A stretch of 30,000 nt of DNA from Serratia sp. (in: enterobacteria) (GTDB lineage Bacteria > Pseudomonadota > Gammaproteobacteria > Enterobacterales > Enterobacteriaceae): the NCBI RefSeq assembly GCF_051654945.1, contig NZ_JBOFZA010000076.1:19279-49278 (forward strand), read 5' to 3'. This document shows positions 27,523-30,000 of the stretch, piece after piece. Below the pieces are notes generated by a model. The model had not been told where the DNA came from, made no database searches, and saw only the letters and a program-made list of their open reading frames with translations. How positions within the stretch are numbered: position 1 is the first letter of the stretch; every line of letters starts with the position of its first letter. The position numbers were made by a program, and so were the translations under genes.

Positions 27523-27550
27523 ATTATCTACAGCCTGCCAGCACGGTCAA
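27523..27550 (-). promoter_or_regulatory. Near-consensus sigma70 promoter for the tRNA-like gene
   Basis: The minus strand has TTGACC (plus 27545-27550), a 16-nt spacer, then GATAAT (plus 27523-27528). The -10 element ends 9 nt before tRNA position 1. The -35 hexamer overlaps the TGA stop (27547-27549) of the upstream 442-aa ORF. Confidence 0.6.
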
Positions 27551-28875
27551 GCAGGCTGACTGCCTTTACCGGAAAAATAGCCTGCCTTGCGGAGTATCAG
27601 GGCGATCTCGGGCCGCGCCACCACCACGCCATGAACCAGCTCCGGCGTTGGGACAAACGGCACCGCCTGCCGATTGTGACGTGGGCTGATCCAGCCCTTT
27701 TTATAAGGATCGACAGCAAACTGCGCACAGATCCGCTGCACATCGGCTTTGGTACAGCTTGCTGCGCCCGAAAACACCTCCCACGGAAACGGCAGATGCG
27801 CCCACACCTGCGTGTCCGGCTCCGGGCCACCGCCCGCCTGATAGTGCCAGGCAGCAACGTCCCCAGCCATCAGGCGTAGCACTTTGCCCAGGCACATCTG
27901 TTCAACCATCTGCTCCATACCCAGCACTTCGGCTAGCGCAAGCCACCCTTGTCTGGCACTGTTCCAGGCTCCGGCCAAGGCATTCCAGGTGGAGGAGTCA
28001 TCACCACGTTTTACAACCATAGTGCGGCGATTGAACGTATTACGTTCCCAGATCAGCTTCAGTAAACCGGCCAACTCATTGAGCTGCGCCAGATAGTGCG
28101 TAAACAGGCTCAGCTTTTGCCGATCGTCGAGATGCTGGACGATCTCACGGTCCGGCATGATATGGGCAATGGCATACCACCCCGCCGATGTTGGCTGCTG
28201 CTGTACCCGAGCCAGCAGCATCTCGGCAATCTGGTCAAAGGCTCGATCCTGCGCCTGGTTGGTAAATACGCTGCGGCGGTTCATACGAGCGGAAAGCCAG
28301 GCAATAAAACAGGCAACATCTGGCGTGGAGGAAAAATCCTCATAGCGGATCAGAGTCGTCAGCCCGGATTTTGCCACCCGGGATGCCTGATACTTTTGCG
28401 TTTCCAACTGGTACGTCGCGAGTTTGCTCTCAAAGCGCTGCAAAAAGCGGAACAGCTTGTTATAGCGCCTTTTGGAGATCTCCATTCCCGCCTGCTGCCG
28501 CTCTGCGCGGCTCAAACGATCGGCGATAAAATGATTACTGCCCGGTATTTTCTGGATCTCCGCTGACAGTTGCTCAATCAACTGCCTGACCTGCTCAATA
28601 TCGCTGCAATCAACGGCGTCCAGCGCTGGCGCACAGACAAACAGCTCCCGCGCTTTCGCCACCTGTTTTTGTGGGGCTATGGGTTGCTGGAAATCCTGCA
28701 TCATCGAGGTCATCTGAACCAGCCCCGACTTCAGCGAACGAGCCGACGCCTGGCGCAATGGGGCTGCTTCAGCCACAGTCAGGGAATCTCCCAACTGCGT
28801 GAGGATCAATTCAGCCACATCTTCCGGGCGCAACCGGGTTTGCAGGGAGGAGAACAGCCGGGCAAGGTTATCCAT
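27547..28875 (-). CDS. Hypothetical protein, 442 aa, no family recognised
   Basis: Long uninterrupted ORF with ordinary-looking composition. Predicted soluble: no signal peptide or TM segment is visible. I see no catalytic motif. ATG at 28875 with only a weak SD. The opposite-strand ORFs here are short. Confidence 0.7.
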   Translation of the reverse strand: MDNLARLFSSLQTRLRPEDVAELILTQLGDSLTVAEAAPLRQASARSLKSGLVQMTSMMQDFQQPIAPQKQVAKARELFVCAPALDAVDCSDIEQVRQLIEQLSAEIQKIPGSNHFIADRLSRAERQQAGMEISKRRYNKLFRFLQRFESKLATYQLETQKYQASRVAKSGLTTLIRYEDFSSTPDVACFIAWLSARMNRRSVFTNQAQDRAFDQIAEMLLARVQQQPTSAGWYAIAHIMPDREIVQHLDDRQKLSLFTHYLAQLNELAGLLKLIWERNTFNRRTMVVKRGDDSSTWNALAGAWNSARQGWLALAEVLGMEQMVEQMCLGKVLRLMAGDVAAWHYQAGGGPEPDTQVWAHLPFPWEVFSGAASCTKADVQRICAQFAVDPYKKGWISPRHNRQAVPFVPTPELVHGVVVARPEIALILRKAGYFSGKGSQPA

Positions 28876-29038
28876 CAGGGCTAATCCATTAAAAGGTTAA
28901 AGTCTTATAAGGTCGGCTGACGCGGGTATCAGCCAGTGCATCAAGCAAATGACATACCGTTGACTATATTGATAGAGGTCAATTGATCAACCAGTTTAAT
29001 GGTGAAACGCTCCCCTCTGCCAAGTTAAACTCATCGCA

Positions 29039-29617
29039 ATGGCCCTGCGCTATTCCTACCTGCGTTCACCGTGGAGCAAGAAATTGTTTAAATGCCTGAT
29101 AAACCGGCTAACGCTGGTCGCTGTTCTCGCCCTGCCCGCCATGGCCCATGCGGCCCCTGACGTACAGGTGGGATTTTCGCCGGAAGGCTCGGCACGGGAA
29201 CTGGTGCTGAAGGTCATTGGCAGCGCACATAAATCCATCCAGATGATTGGCTATTCCTTCCAGGCGCCAGATATCACTCAGGCGCTGGTAGCGGCACATC
29301 AGCGGGGGGTGGATGTGCGCGTAGTGGTCGATAAACGCCGCAATCAGGGCAAGGTCAGCCAGGCGGCGATTAACTATGCGGCGACTCACGGCGTACAGAT
29401 GCGTATTGACGGGCATTATCATATCCAGCACGACAAAACGATTATCGTCGATGGCCAGACGGTAGAAACCGGCTCGTTTAACTATGCTCCCTCGGCAGAG
29501 ACGCAAAACAGTGAAAACGTGGTAGTTCTACGCCATATGCCCGACGTTGCCAGGCAGTTCATCATGCACTGGCAAAGCCGCTGGGATTTGGGCATTCCTT
29601 ACCCAGTGACGCTTTAG
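29039..29617 (+). CDS. nuc: Nuc-like periplasmic endonuclease, phospholipase D superfamily with a single HKD motif (192 aa; 177 aa if it starts at TTG 29084)
   Basis: Single HxK(x)4D motif followed by GSxN (HDKTIIVDGQTVETGSFN). Signal peptide ...LTLVAVLALPAMAHA/AP. GGAG (29073-29076) lies 7 nt before the in-frame TTG at 29084, while the ATG at 29039 has no SD, so the start is uncertain. Confidence 0.8.
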   Translation: MALRYSYLRSPWSKKLFKCLINRLTLVAVLALPAMAHAAPDVQVGFSPEGSARELVLKVIGSAHKSIQMIGYSFQAPDITQALVAAHQRGVDVRVVVDKRRNQGKVSQAAINYAATHGVQMRIDGHYHIQHDKTIIVDGQTVETGSFNYAPSAETQNSENVVVLRHMPDVARQFIMHWQSRWDLGIPYPVTL

Positions 29618-29702
29618 GCCACAAAACAGCCTGATTGATGAATTCCACTCATAGTGCCTATCCTGTCACGCGTGATTATCCCAGCGCCCAATCCTGCTAC
29701 CG

Positions 29703-30000
29703 TCAGATATTCTGATCGAAGAAGCTATCAAGCCCGGCCATTGCCTGATCGACATAGCGAGGAACCCAGTAGGTTTCGATATGAGTGGCCCCATCGATAA
29801 GGATAAGCCGCTTGTTGTTCGTACCGGTGGCTTTCTTGAAGGCACTCTCTGTCATGTAAAGCGAGTCCGCCTTGCTGCCAGCCATCATCAGCAGCGGTTG
29901 ATTGATGAGATCCATATTGCTTTGCGCATCAAAGCTCATCAAATCGAGCAGGCTGCTCAGGGTATAGCGGAAAGTGGAATTTGGGTGTGCATGGCTTTTG
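29703..30000 (-). CDS. Alpha/beta-fold hydrolase, C-terminal part (open to the right edge of the window)
   Basis: The frame stays open upstream of the ORF-track start through position 30000. The C-terminal LLMMAGSKAD...LILIDGATHIE pattern is typical of the acid/His end of an alpha/beta hydrolase catalytic triad. Confidence 0.6.
   Translation of the reverse strand, partial: KSHAHPNSTFRYTLSSLLDLMSFDAQSNMDLINQPLLMMAGSKADSLYMTESAFKKATGTNNKRLILIDGATHIETYWVPRYVDQAMAGLDSFFDQNI

Noticed and set aside
27433-27879. A 148-aa plus-strand ORF overlapping the tRNA-like gene and the 3' end of the 442-aa ORF
   Set aside because: It runs antisense through a structured RNA gene and a longer ORF, has no SD, and gives an Arg-rich low-complexity translation.

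Overview
Chromosomal segment from an Enterobacterales genome; the exact taxon cannot be determined from the sequence alone. Most of it is recognisable core metabolism and stress genes.

(1) Positions 1-6055, minus strand: an acid-response block in tandem, gadC (5' end only), gadB, evgS, evgA.
(2) Positions 6525-9233, plus strand: an emrK/emrY-type MFP+MFS efflux pair, divergent from evgA as in E. coli.
(3) Positions 9275-11401, minus strand: arsR-arsB-arsC.
(4) Positions 11637-26550: a block colinear with E. coli K-12 ydiL-ydiM-ydiN-ydiB-aroD-ydiF-ydiO-(ydiP, minus)-ydiQ-ydiR-ydiS-ydiT-fadK. Three copies of a GC-rich hairpin-ended (BoxC/REP-like) intergenic repeat family interrupt it.
(5) Positions 26551-30000: colinearity with K-12 ends. 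This stretch holds a secreted protein with an internal duplication, a 442-aa ORF I cannot assign to any family, a tRNA-shaped gene immediately downstream of that ORF, a divergent Nuc-like single-HKD PLD nuclease, and the 3' part of an alpha/beta hydrolase.

The tRNA-shaped gene is the most unusual object. It has a near-consensus sigma70 promoter, a fully canonical body, an 8-nt anticodon loop, and no encoded CCA.

Secondary observations:
- A 17-mer is shared, with one mismatch, between the gadB upstream region and the evgA/emrK divergent region. It is a candidate EvgA box.
- A terminator-like hairpin lies between gadB and gadC.
- A second ArsR-operator-like dyad lies inside the arsR-arsB spacer.

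I saw no CRISPR array, integrase, transposase or recognisable defence gene. All homology statements come from recognition by eye, not from database searches.
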